From assembly GCA_965202625.1 (NCBI GenBank), contig CBDBBI010000010.1, forward strand, positions 2,336,001 to 2,400,000: DNA of 64,000 bases, in the 5' to 3' direction. The notes under the pieces are model-generated. The model was given only the letters and a program-made list of their open reading frames with translations. It was not told the origin of the DNA and ran no database searches. Numbering within the stretch: the stretch's first letter is position 1; each line of letters starts with the position of its first letter. Below, one piece after another: positions 19,548-30,912 of this stretch. The DNA is from a bacterium (GTDB taxonomy: Bacteria; UBA8248). The position numbers and the translations under genes were made by a program.

Positions 19548-19898
19548 TTCCGCCTCCCGTGAAAAACGAATCACTGCCCGTTGGCGCGCCCCCGCCCCCC
19601 TGTTCATGGAGATGATCTCGCCGAATGGTCGCCGCTGCAACAAGCGGAACGCGCAACCTAGCAAAACAGGGGCGTGCGATCAACGCCGGAATGGAAATGA
19701 AAGCCCGCCGGGAATCAGGGGTTTGGGAGAGAGGTCGCATCGCGCGCTCTTGCGGGCGCGATTTTCTTGTCTGGTGGGGTCTCGCCTCGACAAACGCGCC
19801 ATAGCAATTTTTCGACTTGCCCGGTTCGGGTCTGGGTGATAGAAATGGGGGATAGATATCTCTGAGGGGCGAATTTTCATTGACGAAGGGGCGTCGCC

Positions 19899-20912
19899 GT
19901 GGCCCAGAAACTGCTTGAAGTGAAAGACATGGTGAAGCATTTTCCGGTGCGGGGAGGCGTATTCTCCCGGGTGCGCAACTACGTGCGCGCCGTGGATGGC
20001 GTGAGCTTCGATCTGGCGCCTGGCGAGACGCTCGGGCTGGTCGGGGAGAGCGGGTGCGGCAAATCCACCACGGGCCGCGCCCTGCTTCGCCTCATCGAAC
20101 CCACGTCGGGCGAAGTGAACTTCGAGGGCACCGACGTCTGCTCTCTGGACAGAGAGTCGATGCGCAAGCTCAGACGCGAGATGCAGATCATCTTTCAGGA
20201 CCCATACGCGTCCCTCAACCCGCGCATGACGGTGGGAAGCATCGTCGGCGAGCCTTTGACCATCCACAAAATCGCCAGGGGGAAGGAGAAAGAGAAGAAG
20301 GTCGCCTCGCTTCTCCATCGCGTAGGCTTGCGGCAGGAACATATACGCCGCTACCCCCACGAGTTCTCCGGCGGTCAGCGCCAGCGCATCGGAATCGCCC
20401 GCGCACTTGCGCTCAACCCGAAGCTCATCATCGCCGATGAGCCGGTAAGCGCCCTTGACGTGTCGATCCAGGCGCAGGTCATCAACCTGCTGGAGGATCT
20501 GCAAAAGGAGTTTGGAATCGCGTTTGTGCTCATCGCGCATGATCTGGCGGTCGTCCAGCACGTGAGCGACCGCATCGCCGTCATGTATCTGGGCAAGATC
20601 GTAGAGACGTCCACGGCCGATAGGGTGGTGATGCGCCCGAAGCACCCCTATACCGAGGCGCTGCTCTCCGCCGTGCCGATTCCGGACCCGACGGCAAAGA
20701 AAAAGCGCATGATTCTGACCGGCGACGTGCCCAGCCCCGTGAATCCGCCCTCGGGCTGCCGCTTTCATACGAGATGCCCCTACAAGGAACATAGGTGCGT
20801 ATCTGAGGAGCCGCAGATGCGCGAGATCAGCGCAGGCCATTTTGCGGCGTGCCACTTCTCGGAGAAACTTTATGGCGGCGCGCCCAAAATGAATGGAACG
20901 TCCGCAGCCTAG
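19899..20912 (+). CDS. Oligopeptide/dipeptide ABC transporter ATP-binding subunit (OppF/DppF)
   Basis: [48 protein letters not shown]. Confidence 0.95.
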   Translation: MAQKLLEVKDMVKHFPVRGGVFSRVRNYVRAVDGVSFDLAPGETLGLVGESGCGKSTTGRALLRLIEPTSGEVNFEGTDVCSLDRESMRKLRREMQIIFQDPYASLNPRMTVGSIVGEPLTIHKIARGKEKEKKVASLLHRVGLRQEHIRRYPHEFSGGQRQRIGIARALALNPKLIIADEPVSALDVSIQAQVINLLEDLQKEFGIAFVLIAHDLAVVQHVSDRIAVMYLGKIVETSTADRVVMRPKHPYTEALLSAVPIPDPTAKKKRMILTGDVPSPVNPPSGCRFHTRCPYKEHRCVSEEPQMREISAGHFAACHFSEKLYGGAPKMNGTSAA

Positions 20913-20971
20913 GTTGCGTCCTCTTTTTTTCGGGCGATCGACTTCCGCCCCGCACGGGCGAAGGCTGGCGC

Positions 20972-22651
20972 ATGATGGACGATAGCTCCTCCAAAACATT
21001 CTTGCCTCTCCTGGCTTTTGCCTTCCTCACGGTCCTCCTCGCCTTGGCGATGGCGTTCGTTTATCAATCCACCCGGCGGATGCTCCTGAGCGAATACGCC
21101 GAACGCGACCTGAGACGCCTGCGCGCCTTTGAGGAGATGGTGCGCAATCGCGTCGATTCCCTGCGCGAGAGAATGCGAGGGGCGGAGTTGCTCGTGGCCC
21201 CCTCTCCGAGGGAGAAGAAGCGGATAGGGCGCGCGCTTTCGTCCATTCTGGGCAAAAAATCGCAAGAGGGGTTCGCCGCCTCGGTGTTGCTGAATGAGCG
21301 GGGCGCAATTTTGGCTTCGCGCCGGGCCGGAAACATGCCGTCGCCGAGCACCGAGGAGAAGCGCTTCTGGGTGAGGGCGCGGAACGATCTTCTTCGGGCG
21401 GCGCGCCGGAGGAAGGCGAGACCGCCAGGGGGGACGCTCGACGTTCAGGCAGTCGCCCTGGGCGGCGTGCCTGCGGCGTATCTGCTGGCCTCCTCGCCCG
21501 CCACCGGAGGTTTTTGGGGCGTCCTCGTTCCGGCGGAGTCCCTGTTGTCCGCCGCGGAGGGGGAAGTGGCTTCCGGCGAGAGCGTTTTCCTGTTGGCGGC
21601 ACCCGCGCAAAAAATTCTTTTCGCCAGGCGGGGGGATACGTTTTTCTCTGGGCAGATCGCCCACGCCTTTGAGGAGAGGCTCGCCGCAATCCTCGGGATT
21701 TCGCGCTGCTGCGTCCCCTCTGCGTTCAACGCCGTAAACGAGGATGGGCGCTGGATGACGCAGGCCGCCTTCCAGGTGGGCGTGCGGGAGCTGCGCCTCG
21801 TCCACGTGGCGGGTCGCGAGAATATGGGCGCGGACCTGTTCGATGCGTTGACGGTGCCGGTCGTCGCTCTGGGGGCGGGCGGTTTGGTCGCCTTCGCCCT
21901 GTTTTTCTTCATGGGGCGCGGAAGACGGCCTGAACCCGAAATCCCTCGGCTGGATAGGTCTGCTGGGGGGGAGGCGTCCGCCTTGCCGGAGGAGGAGCCG
22001 CCCCATCCGCCCGACGAGGAGCCGCCCCATCCGCTTGAGGCGGCACAGCCCCCTGAACGGGATGTGCCCGTCGTGCGGCGGGCTGAACCGGGCCAGCTCG
22101 CCGTGATCTCCCGGATGAGCGAACTGGTGGCCAGCGGGGAGGACTTTCGCCGCGTCATCACCGCCAGCGCGCGCGAGGTCGCCCGATTTGTCTCGACCGA
22201 CAGGTATTGCGCCGCATTGTATGACGAGGCGACCGATCAGTTCCATGCGGTGTGCGCCTCACGCATCGGGGAGGCTTACCGGCGCGCCACGACGATGCCC
22301 GCTTTGGAACTGCCGGAGAGAATCGCGCTCAGAGAAAGAGAGATCGTCGAGGTGATGTCCACCGATGCGTGGCATGACGCCCCCGAGGTTCTGAAGACGG
22401 AAAACGTGCGGGGAGCCATCGTCTTTCCGTTGTGCGCTCTGGGCAAGGTGGTGGGCATGGCCTCTTTTTACTTTGACGCACCGCGCGAGATGTCGAGTCA
22501 GGACGTGGACTATTGCGCGATCCTCCTCAAGCAGGGCGCGGTGGCCATATCCCGGGCCTTGTCCCTGGCCGGAGCGAAAGCCGGGCCTGCTCCTTCCCTC
22601 GCATCGGAGACGCCCCCCGCTCGCTTTCGCAGAGACCACATGGGGGAATGA
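20972..22651 (+). CDS. Membrane-anchored sensor-like protein with C-terminal GAF domain
   Basis: Two TM segments flanking a region of about 290 aa, Pro-rich linker, GAF-like VRGAIVFPL...KVVG...Y...PREMS; no output domain visible. Confidence 0.65.
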   Translation: MMDDSSSKTFLPLLAFAFLTVLLALAMAFVYQSTRRMLLSEYAERDLRRLRAFEEMVRNRVDSLRERMRGAELLVAPSPREKKRIGRALSSILGKKSQEGFAASVLLNERGAILASRRAGNMPSPSTEEKRFWVRARNDLLRAARRRKARPPGGTLDVQAVALGGVPAAYLLASSPATGGFWGVLVPAESLLSAAEGEVASGESVFLLAAPAQKILFARRGDTFFSGQIAHAFEERLAAILGISRCCVPSAFNAVNEDGRWMTQAAFQVGVRELRLVHVAGRENMGADLFDALTVPVVALGAGGLVAFALFFFMGRGRRPEPEIPRLDRSAGGEASALPEEEPPHPPDEEPPHPLEAAQPPERDVPVVRRAEPGQLAVISRMSELVASGEDFRRVITASAREVARFVSTDRYCAALYDEATDQFHAVCASRIGEAYRRATTMPALELPERIALREREIVEVMSTDAWHDAPEVLKTENVRGAIVFPLCALGKVVGMASFYFDAPREMSSQDVDYCAILLKQGAVAISRALSLAGAKAGPAPSLASETPPARFRRDHMGE

Positions 22652-22679
22652 AGCGCGCGGCGCGCAAAAAAAGGAAGAT

Positions 22680-23490
22680 ATGACGCCGTTGTGCGCGCAG
22701 AATTTCGAGGCCTTGTATAGCGGCTTCGAGAGTCCGTCCGCGCCGTTCGACTGCGGAGGAAATGCGCGTCTATCAGGGGCGGGACGCCTTTTCACTGCGA
22801 TCACGTCTGGGTTGTTTCTGTCGTCTGTCGCGCTGCGATATGTCTATCAGGGGCGGGACGCCTTTTCACCGCGATCACGTCTGGGTTGTTTCTGTCGTCT
22901 GTCGCGCTGCGATATGTCTATCAGGGGCGGGACGCCTTTTCACCGCGATGCGGTCCCGGGTCGTTCCCGCCGCCCATCGCAAGGGGCGGGAGTTTCTGGA
23001 GCCGCGCACGAGGCTTTGGCATGAGTGAAGCGCAATCCAACGCGAAACTCGAAGCGAAACCCGAATGGGAACTGATCGAGGAAGTTGCTCGAGAGAAATT
23101 GCTCAAGGGGAGAGCGTTTTCATCGCACGTTTTCATCGAACGTCGAGGAGAGCATTTTCATCAAATGCCGAGGCGCAGTGTCTTGCGAGAGGGGAAGCCG
23201 TTCCGTTTTGTTCCGCCTCGTTCCGCCCGGTTCCGTATGCGCCGCACTGCGCCTGTCCCTGCTCTACACCCAAACGCGTTGGAGGGGAAACGTTATTTCG
23301 TGGACCGTCACTGCGTGGTGACGGATGCGCTCATCAAAGCCGACTATATCGCCAGAAGATGAGCGGGGAAGCAGTCCCTCGTGGTGCTCACGCCAAACGG
23401 CCCCTATCAAGGCTGTCTACAAGGGCGAAAAACTCATTGTGTGCTGGAGATAAGGCCGATTCGCCCGAGAGAGCGTATCGGCCACAGGTG
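22680..23490 (+). pseudogene. Degraded gene of an uncharacterised, originally Cys-rich protein, broken by tandem duplication and frameshifts
   Basis: Fragments in different frames: FEALYSGFESP.APFDCG / KCASIRGGTPFHCD / VVPAAHRKGREFLEPRTRLWH / VFIERRGEHF / FVDRHCVVT. Family resemblance is from memory only. Confidence 0.45.
22768..22949. repeat. 74-bp tandem repeat, about 2.5 copies (A-B-A-B-A; A = 34 bp, B = 40 bp)
   Basis: Units start at 22768, 22842 and 22916 with GTCTATCAGGGGCGGGACGCCTTTTCAC(T/C)GCGAT. Confidence 0.95.
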
Positions 23491-23538
23491 TAGGCCGGAC
23501 ACGGAACGCGCGCGATTTTGGGCGCGCGCCGTTATGCT

Positions 23539-24747
23539 TTACGTCTGCATCTCATCCGCCATGTTCGCGATGGCCTGGCCAATCATCAAGGAAGCTGTCG
23601 CCCCCGGCGAGGGGGCGTTGCACACGTGGATGGCGCCCTCTGTGCGGATGATCGCGAAATCATCCAGAAGGGCACCGCGACGGTCCACCGCCTGTGCGCG
23701 AACGCCCGCGCCCGCGGGGATGAGGTCGGACTCCTGAATCTCGGGAATGAGTTTTTGCAGGGCGTGCGTGAAGGCGGATTTGCTGATGGAGCGGATTATC
23801 TCGCCCAGCCCCGTTTTCCAATACTTTCGCGCGAGCTTCCAGAAGCCGACGTAAGTCAGGGTTTCGAGCAGATCGTAAGGGTCGATACGGGTTTTCGCGT
23901 AACCCTCCCTCATGCAGGCGAGGACGGCGTTCGGTCCGGCTTCGACCGCACCGCTCACGCGACGAGTGAAGTGAACGCCCAGAAAGGGAAACGCAGGATC
24001 CGGCGTCGGGTAGATCAACCCTTTTACGAGCCCGCGCCGCTCAGGCGCGAGTTCGTAATACTCGCCGCGAAAGGGGATGATTTTCATCGATGGCGCGCCG
24101 CCCGCGATTTTGGCGATTCTGTCCGCGTGAAGTCCCGCGCAGTTGATGATGAATCTGGCCGCAAAATCTCCCGCCGTCGTTTCGACGCGCCTCTCTCCGC
24201 TTGCGCGCGCGATTCCCGTAACTTCCGCTGAGGTTTGGATTCTCTGCCCCCCCGCCGTGAGGAGGCGCGCATGCGCGCGCACCACGGCGTTGTAGTCGAT
24301 GATGCCGGTGGAGGGGACCCAGAGCGCCTTGACGCCTTGGGCGTGTGGTTCTATCTCTCGCAGCTCCTCGGGTCCCAGGACGGTGATGTTCGCGATGCCG
24401 TTGGCCGTCCCCCGGCGGTGGAGTTCGTCGAGTCGGGGGACTTCCGCCGGGTTCGTGGCGACGACCACCTTGCCACATATTTCATGCTTTATGTCTTGCT
24501 CTTGCGCGAAGCGCGCCATGGCGGCTGCGCCCTCGACGCAGGTTTTCGCTTTGAGCGAGCCTGGCCGGTAGTAGAGTCCCGCATGGATCACACCGCTGTT
24601 GTGGAGGGATTGATGACGCCCGACCTCCTCTTCCTTCTCGAGTACGAGCAGGCGCTTGCGGGGGTGGTGGCGGGCGATCTCCGCCGCGGCGGAAAGGCCG
24701 AGTATGCCGCCTCCGATGATGATGACGTCCCACGTCGTCTGATTCAT
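23539..24747 (-). CDS. lhgO: L-2-hydroxyglutarate oxidase (LhgO family FAD oxidoreductase)
   Basis: IIGGGILG, HQS.HNSGVIHAGLYY.PGSLKA, PFRGEYY, PFLGVHFT, AGVRAQA, NAPSPGAT. Confidence 0.92.
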   Translation of the reverse strand: MNQTTWDVIIIGGGILGLSAAAEIARHHPRKRLLVLEKEEEVGRHQSLHNSGVIHAGLYYRPGSLKAKTCVEGAAAMARFAQEQDIKHEICGKVVVATNPAEVPRLDELHRRGTANGIANITVLGPEELREIEPHAQGVKALWVPSTGIIDYNAVVRAHARLLTAGGQRIQTSAEVTGIARASGERRVETTAGDFAARFIINCAGLHADRIAKIAGGAPSMKIIPFRGEYYELAPERRGLVKGLIYPTPDPAFPFLGVHFTRRVSGAVEAGPNAVLACMREGYAKTRIDPYDLLETLTYVGFWKLARKYWKTGLGEIIRSISKSAFTHALQKLIPEIQESDLIPAGAGVRAQAVDRRGALLDDFAIIRTEGAIHVCNAPSPGATASLMIGQAIANMADEMQT

Positions 24748-24876
24748 CTCGCATCCTCGGGGCCGATAGACAAGGGTAAGGCGTAAGAGCGGCATGACGT
24801 ATCTCTATGGGCTGCCGCGCCGGAAATCAAACGTCTCCGACTGATAAGGATATCCCAAAGATATACAGATTTTCTC

Positions 24877-24907
24877 TTGACATATAATTTTTTTCGCTCA
24901 TTATACT
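24877..24907 (+). promoter_or_regulatory. Possible sigma70 promoter for the TRAP operon
   Basis: TTGACA at 24877-24882 in an AT-rich divergent intergenic region; CATTAT/TATACT at 16/19-nt spacing (non-ideal). Confidence 0.4.
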
Positions 24908-25076
24908 TTGGAGGAAGCAATCATACCGCGGAATCACTGAAAGAAGTCGTGATTTGGGGTTTACAGGAAATTCGCCACCTGTGCGGAGCGCCGGTGGCTT
25001 GCGTCAAAGGGACGCTTACCGAAAACCGATGAGCGCGCCCTCTGTCTATCTCATCGCACCTGAAGGAGGGTATCTC

Positions 25077-26066
25077 ATGAAAAAGGCAATAAAGTTCATG
25101 CTTGCTTTTGCGGCAGCCGTTTCGCTGGCGGGAGCGGCGGTTCCGGCGAGTGCCGAGAAGTTTCTGGTGGTCGGTGGCGGCTCCACCACAGGTGTGTACT
25201 ATCAAGTGGCGCTCAACGTCTGCAAACTTGTGAACAAGAACCTCAAGAGTAAGGGCTACAACTGCATCGGCCGCCCCGCCTTGGGCTCGGTGTTCAACAT
25301 CAACGCGATCAAGCGCGGACTCCTGAACTTCGGCGTCGCCCAGTCCGACAGAAACTGGCAGGCCTACAACGGCGCGGCCAACTGGAAGGGCAAGCCTTAC
25401 AAAGGTCTGCGGAGCGTGTTCAGCGTTCACGCGGAAACCATCATGCTCGTAGCGCGCGCCGATTCGGGAATCAAGATGGTCTCCGACATCAAGGGGCGTC
25501 GAATCAACATCGGCAACCCCGGCTCCGGCCAGCGCGGAAACGCGAAGGACATCCTGCGGATCTACGGCATCGATCAAAAGGACATCCAGGCGGAGGGCTT
25601 GCAGCAAAACGAGGCGAACCGCGCTCTGGTGGACAAGAAGATCGACGCGTTCTTCTACACCGTGGGCAACCCTTGGGGCGGGGGACTTGAGGTGTCCAAC
25701 AGCACGGCGATTCGCATGATTCCCGTGAACTCCATGGGCATTCAGAAGCTGGTCGCCGGCAATCCCTACTACGTCATGACGACGATTCCAGGCGGCGTCT
25801 ACCAGGGCGTTTCCCAGGACGTGCCTACCTATGCGGTGAAGGCGACCTTCGTGACGGGGGACAAGCAGCCCAACGATGTGGTCTATAACGTGGTAAAAAC
25901 CATATTCGACAACCTGGATCAGTTCCGCGCCACGCACGCGGCGTTCAAATTTCTGAAGAAAGAAGACATGCTCAAGGGCCTCTCGGCGCCCTTCCATCCG
26001 GGCGCCATGCGCTATTACGAGGAGAAGGGCATGATGAAAAAAGACAAAATGATGATGAAGAAGTGA
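25077..26066 (+). CDS. TAXI-family TRAP transporter substrate-binding protein
   Basis: GGSTTGVYY, GSVFNI, FGVAQSD, IGNPGSG, PFHPGA.RYY; GGAGG RBS. Confidence 0.93.
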   Translation: MKKAIKFMLAFAAAVSLAGAAVPASAEKFLVVGGGSTTGVYYQVALNVCKLVNKNLKSKGYNCIGRPALGSVFNINAIKRGLLNFGVAQSDRNWQAYNGAANWKGKPYKGLRSVFSVHAETIMLVARADSGIKMVSDIKGRRINIGNPGSGQRGNAKDILRIYGIDQKDIQAEGLQQNEANRALVDKKIDAFFYTVGNPWGGGLEVSNSTAIRMIPVNSMGIQKLVAGNPYYVMTTIPGGVYQGVSQDVPTYAVKATFVTGDKQPNDVVYNVVKTIFDNLDQFRATHAAFKFLKKEDMLKGLSAPFHPGAMRYYEEKGMMKKDKMMMKK

Positions 26067-26182
26067 TTTTGAGGAATCGACGCGCATCAAGACGACGTTA
26101 TCGTTATCAAGCCGGGGGGCGCGCAAGGTGCCCCCCGTGCACTTGCGCGGCGACGTAGGCAGAGAAGTTAGCTGAGGGGCGA

Positions 26183-28429
26183 ATGAACGAGCGGGCGGCA
26201 TATTCTTCGGACGTCTTGAGCGACGGGCTGGATGAGGAGTCAAGGCGGAAAGCGGAGGAAATCGCCGCCGAAGCGGAATCTGGCGGCAGAAATCCCCAAA
26301 ATCTCACGGCGTGGCTCGTCTCGATCTTGGCACTCTTCTGGTCCTCATTTCAGCTTTACATCGCCTATACCCCGATGAATTCGATCATCGCCAGAAGCGT
26401 TCATCTCACTTTCGCCATCACGATGGTCTATCTGGCCTTTCCGGGGCTGAAAAGAACGGGCGAGAGCTGGATGCAGCGCGTCTCAATACAGGTTTTTCCG
26501 GTTTTCATGCGCCCTGCCCGCCCCACCCGGGACGTGATTCCCTGGTACGACTACGCGCTCGCCCTCCTCGCCGGAGCGGGCGCGTTCTACATGGCCTGGG
26601 ACTATGTGAACATCATCCAGCGCTCGGGGCTTCCCATTCAGCGCGACGTGGTGGTGGGAGCGATTCTCGTCGTTCTTCTTTTGGAGGCCGCGCGCCGCGC
26701 GCTGGGGCCCGCGCTACCGGTTCTGGCCATCGTATTCCTGCTCTATTGCTTCTTGGGTCCCTACATGCCCTCTTTCATCGCGCATCCGGGCATTCCGCTC
26801 GAATTTGTCGTGGACCACATGTATTTGAGCGACAGCGGCATTTGGGGCGTGCCCATCGGAGTGTCCACGAGCTTCGTGTTCCTCTTCGTCCTGTTCGGCT
26901 CCCTGCTCGACAAGGCGGGGGCGGCGAACTACTTCGTCCAGGTGGCCTTCGCGGCGCTTGGCCGCTTTCGGGGCGGACCCGCCAAGGCGGCCGTGGTTGC
27001 CTCGGGCATGACGGGGTTGGTCTCGGGTTCATCCATCGCGAACGTGGCGACGACGGGAACCTTCACGATTCCGTTGATGAAAAAAGTGGGTCTGCCCGCC
27101 TACAAGGCGGGCGCCGTGGAGGTGGCTGCGAGCACGAACGGGCAACTTATGCCGCCGGTGATGGGCGCCGCCGCGTTCATCATGGCGGAGTTTCTGGGGC
27201 TCGCCTATCTGGACGTGGTGCGCGCCGCCATATTGCCGGCCCTTCTTTCTTACATCGCCCTTTTCTACGTCGTTCATCTCGAGGCGCTCAAGCTTGACCT
27301 CAAGCCGCTTGAGGCGGATGAGTTGCCCACTTTCTGGGGCACGCTGATAAGCGGCGTTCACTATGTGGTTCCCATTCTGGCGCTGATCTATACCTTGGTC
27401 ATCCTGCGAATGTCGGCCGTGGCGTCCGCGTTCAACGCCATTCTGCTGACGATGGCGATCATCGTCGTCCAGCGTCCTATGGAGAACACCATTCTCATTC
27501 TGGGCGAGATGAAGAGGGAGAAGGGCGTCGCCCGCCTGAGAGAGCTGTTTGGCGAGTCGCACTTCAAGGAGGTGGAGGAGCGGCTTTGGCATGGGGTGCT
27601 CAGCGGCTTCGGCCGGAGTTTTGGAGACGTGTGGCAGGGCTTGATGGCGGGCGCCAAGAACATGATGGGCATCGGTGTGGCGACGGCCGCCGCAGGCATC
27701 ATCGTCGGCACCGTGACCCTCACGGGTCTGAGCGGACGCTTCATTGAACTCATCGAGATCGTTTCTCTGGGCAACGTGGTGCTCATGCTCGTTCTCACCG
27801 CCGTGTGCTCCCTGGTGCTGGGGATGGGCCTTCCCACCACCGCGAACTACATCGTCATGGCGACGCTCACCGCGCCGGTCATCGTGAGCCTGGGCGGCAA
27901 GGCGGGCCTCGTGGTTCCGCTGCTCGCCGCGCATCTGTTCGTCTTTTATTTTGGCATTCTGGCCGACGACACCCCCCCGGTGGGTCTCGCCGCCTTCGCC
28001 GCCTCGGCGATAGCGAAGTCCGACCCCATCCAGACGGGCGTGCAAGGTTTCGTCTATGATCTGAGAACCGCCATCTTGCCGTTCGTGTTCATCTATAATC
28101 TGGAGTTGTTGATGATGCAGGGCGTCGGCCCCAAAGGAGAGATCATTTGGATAACGGACGCGCTGAAAATTGTCTGGGTGTGCCTGTCTTCCCTGGCGGC
28201 CATGTTCGCCTTTGCGTCCGCCCTCCAGGGCTATTTCGCCGATAATTGCAACTGGGGCGAGCGCGCGCTGCTGCTGCTGGTGTGCGTCTCGGTTTTCAGA
28301 CCTTCGCTCATCACGGATTTTACAGGCGGGGCGCGTCCGATGATTCAGCTTCTCGCAGTAGCCGTCTTCGTTGGTCTCTATCTCTATCAGCGCAGCCGAC
28401 GCAACGGGCGGACGGCCGCCGCTGCCTGA
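26183..28429 (+). CDS. TRAP transporter fused 4TM/12TM permease
   Basis: GGPAKAAVVAS, SGSSIANV.TTG.FTIPLMK, EVAAS..GQLMPPVMGAAAF, LGMGLPTTANY, TPPV.LAAF. Confidence 0.95.
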   Translation: MNERAAYSSDVLSDGLDEESRRKAEEIAAEAESGGRNPQNLTAWLVSILALFWSSFQLYIAYTPMNSIIARSVHLTFAITMVYLAFPGLKRTGESWMQRVSIQVFPVFMRPARPTRDVIPWYDYALALLAGAGAFYMAWDYVNIIQRSGLPIQRDVVVGAILVVLLLEAARRALGPALPVLAIVFLLYCFLGPYMPSFIAHPGIPLEFVVDHMYLSDSGIWGVPIGVSTSFVFLFVLFGSLLDKAGAANYFVQVAFAALGRFRGGPAKAAVVASGMTGLVSGSSIANVATTGTFTIPLMKKVGLPAYKAGAVEVAASTNGQLMPPVMGAAAFIMAEFLGLAYLDVVRAAILPALLSYIALFYVVHLEALKLDLKPLEADELPTFWGTLISGVHYVVPILALIYTLVILRMSAVASAFNAILLTMAIIVVQRPMENTILILGEMKREKGVARLRELFGESHFKEVEERLWHGVLSGFGRSFGDVWQGLMAGAKNMMGIGVATAAAGIIVGTVTLTGLSGRFIELIEIVSLGNVVLMLVLTAVCSLVLGMGLPTTANYIVMATLTAPVIVSLGGKAGLVVPLLAAHLFVFYFGILADDTPPVGLAAFAASAIAKSDPIQTGVQGFVYDLRTAILPFVFIYNLELLMMQGVGPKGEIIWITDALKIVWVCLSSLAAMFAFASALQGYFADNCNWGERALLLLVCVSVFRPSLITDFTGGARPMIQLLAVAVFVGLYLYQRSRRNGRTAAAA

Positions 28430-28505
28430 CGCGCCAGGCGGGTTCGAATTTTCCCGCTTCTGATTTCAGTCCTGATTCCGTTGTGCTACGCTGGGCGGCC
28501 TTTCT

Positions 28506-28582
<77 letters not shown>

Positions 28583-28621
28583 CGAAAGAACGTCTGTCCA
28601 AGAGCTGAAAGGGTGCATTTT

Positions 28622-30568
28622 ATGTTTAAGACCAATCCGGTACTTCTGGAGGATCTACTCAAGCAGGTAGAGGATGGGAGAATCCAGCTTCCGGATTTTC
28701 AACGCGGATGGGTTTGGGACGACGGCCGAATTTGCGGCCTGCTGGCTAGCATCTCTAAAGGATTTCCCATCGGGGCTGTGATGACGCTTGCGGCGGATGC
28801 GGACATCAGGTTCAGCACCCGCCCGATTGAGGGCGCACGTGATGCGGAGCGAGCACCTGAACACTTCTTGCTGGACGGTCAGCAGCGACTTACCTCCCTG
28901 TATCAGGCGATGCTCCATGAAGGTCCAGTAGATACCAAGGACCACCGCGGAAAAAAGGTCAAGTGTTGGTATTACGTCGATATGCGCAAGGCGATGGATT
29001 CGGGTGGCGACCGGGAGGATGCGATATTCAGCGTTCGGGAGAACCGGAAGCGCACTCGGGATTTCGGTCGTGAAATTACACTCGATCTCTCCAAACCCGA
29101 ATTTGAATACGAGAACCATATGATGCCGACGGAGCGACTGCTTGATTACTGGGACTGGTCGTTTGGTTATGTAGAACACTGGCAGAACAACGGTGCTGAG
29201 CATCCCGAATCCAATGCTCACGAGTTTTTCAATCGATTTAAGAAGTCGTTGCTGGATACCTTTATAAAAAAGTATCAATTACCCGTCATCGAGCTCACAA
29301 AGGAAACGCCGAAGGAGGCGGTCTGCACGATTTTTGAAAAGGTCAACACCGGTGGCGTGACCCTGAACGTGTTCGAGCTTCTTACAGCCTCTCTTGCCGC
29401 AGATAATTTTTCACTGCGAGATGATTGGAATGCTCGGAAAAAGAGATTGGACGAACATTCCGGAACGCTCCAGGGTGTTAGCCCCGAGCAGTTTCTCCAG
29501 GTTGTCGCTTTGTTGGCGACCCAGGAGAGGCGAAGAGAAGCCATGGGGGGACGCGCGTCGGGCAGACTTCCGGGCGTCGGCTGCAAGAAGCGCGATATTC
29601 TAGAACTTACGCTTCAGGAATATACGTATTGGGCTGGCAAGGTGGAGGACGGCTTTAAAAAAACAGCCGGGTTTTTGCTTGAACAAAACATATTCCGGGG
29701 GAAAGACGTGCCTTACGGCGCGCAACTGGTGCCATTGGCCGCGCTCTATGTGGAGTTGGGACAGGAATTGCGAACGGGCAAGGCCAAGTCCCGACTGGAA
29801 CGTTGGTATTGGTCGGGCGTCTTCGGGGAAGTCTATGGCGGCCCCATAGAAACGCTGTTCGCTCTCGACCTTACCGAAGTGGCCCGGTATGTCCGGGAAG
29901 ACGAAGCGGAAGAGCCCTCATTGGTCCGCGAGGCCAGTTTCATCCCTGAGCGGTTGTTGTCCCTGCGCACCCGTAATAGCGCGGCTTACAAGGGGCTTTA
30001 TGCGTTGCAGATGAAAAACGGCGCCGCCGACTGGTTGACTGGCAGCCCTATCCATATCGGCAGCATATGGAACGAACGAAACATCGATATCCATCATATT
30101 TTTCCGAAATCCTGGTGTAAGAAGACCCAGATATCGCCGAATCTATACAATTCTGTGATCAACAAAACTCCCATTGATGCGGAGACCAACCGTAAAATAG
30201 GAGGGGAAGCTCCTTCCAAATACCTGCTTGAGCTGAAAGATGCGATGGACGACGAGGAGAAATTGGCTCAGGTTTTGAGTGCGCATTGGGTGGACCGGAA
30301 TTACTTGCGAACCGATCAGTTCAAAGATTTCTTCGTGGAGCGTGGCGAAGCCATGCTCGAACTGATTGGCGAGGCGATGGGCAAGCCGATTCCCAGCGGC
30401 CGCGAAGTGTTCAGGAATGCTTTGGGATCATCCAGTTATGATGACGGGTATGACGATGGCGATATGGAGCATGATGGGATAGGAGCCATAATGCCCGATA
30501 GCGTCGCCGATAAAAGCCCCGACCACGAAAGCGTCTCCGCAGAGACGTCGCTCTCGTCTCATGCGTGA
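28622..30568 (+). CDS. GmrSD-like modification-dependent restriction protein (DUF262 + C-terminal HNH-like domain)
   Basis: [29 protein letters not shown] (DUF262); DIHHIFP...NKTPI...NRKIG (HNH-like); lower GC; directly after a tRNA. Confidence 0.85.
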   Translation: MFKTNPVLLEDLLKQVEDGRIQLPDFQRGWVWDDGRICGLLASISKGFPIGAVMTLAADADIRFSTRPIEGARDAERAPEHFLLDGQQRLTSLYQAMLHEGPVDTKDHRGKKVKCWYYVDMRKAMDSGGDREDAIFSVRENRKRTRDFGREITLDLSKPEFEYENHMMPTERLLDYWDWSFGYVEHWQNNGAEHPESNAHEFFNRFKKSLLDTFIKKYQLPVIELTKETPKEAVCTIFEKVNTGGVTLNVFELLTASLAADNFSLRDDWNARKKRLDEHSGTLQGVSPEQFLQVVALLATQERRREAMGGRASGRLPGVGCKKRDILELTLQEYTYWAGKVEDGFKKTAGFLLEQNIFRGKDVPYGAQLVPLAALYVELGQELRTGKAKSRLERWYWSGVFGEVYGGPIETLFALDLTEVARYVREDEAEEPSLVREASFIPERLLSLRTRNSAAYKGLYALQMKNGAADWLTGSPIHIGSIWNERNIDIHHIFPKSWCKKTQISPNLYNSVINKTPIDAETNRKIGGEAPSKYLLELKDAMDDEEKLAQVLSAHWVDRNYLRTDQFKDFFVERGEAMLELIGEAMGKPIPSGREVFRNALGSSSYDDGYDDGDMEHDGIGAIMPDSVADKSPDHESVSAETSLSSHA

Positions 30569-30912
30569 AATTACGCGGTGAGAACAAGAGCGTTAACAAT
30601 CAAATCTACACCGAAAACTATCAAGAGCGAGGTGTCAAGGGAGAGCGCCTGGAGGATCAGGAAGCGCCTTTCAGCTGGTCGAAGTAAGCCGCCCTCGCGC
30701 GCTTTTTGAAAACGACAAAAAGAAACGGGGGATTCATCTCTCCCTTCGTCCCCTTCTGAACTTCTCCAGCCCCCCGCGTTCTCTGGAGGGTTGTGTATGG
30801 AAGCCTCGCGCTAAATCCACGACCCCCTGCGCAAAAACGATGAATTTTGATACTTTCATGGGCGGAAGGGTCTCTTTTTTCAAAATTGGCTTCATTTTCG
30901 AGGAGCGCGCGC

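Noticed and set aside
22768-22949. Possible mini-CRISPR (34-bp repeats with 40-bp spacers)
   Set aside because: Both spacers are identical, the repeat is unrelated to the cas-linked repeat and appears to be pseudogene coding sequence; it is a tandem duplication.
23340-23400. In-frame TGA at 23360-23362 as a second Sec codon
   Set aside because: No Cys-type redox motif or convincing SECIS, and the region has other frameshifts consistent with a pseudogene.
28583-30900. Intact prophage or integrative element at tRNA-Pro
   Set aside because: No integrase, phage genes or duplicated att site seen; only a single cargo-like gene.
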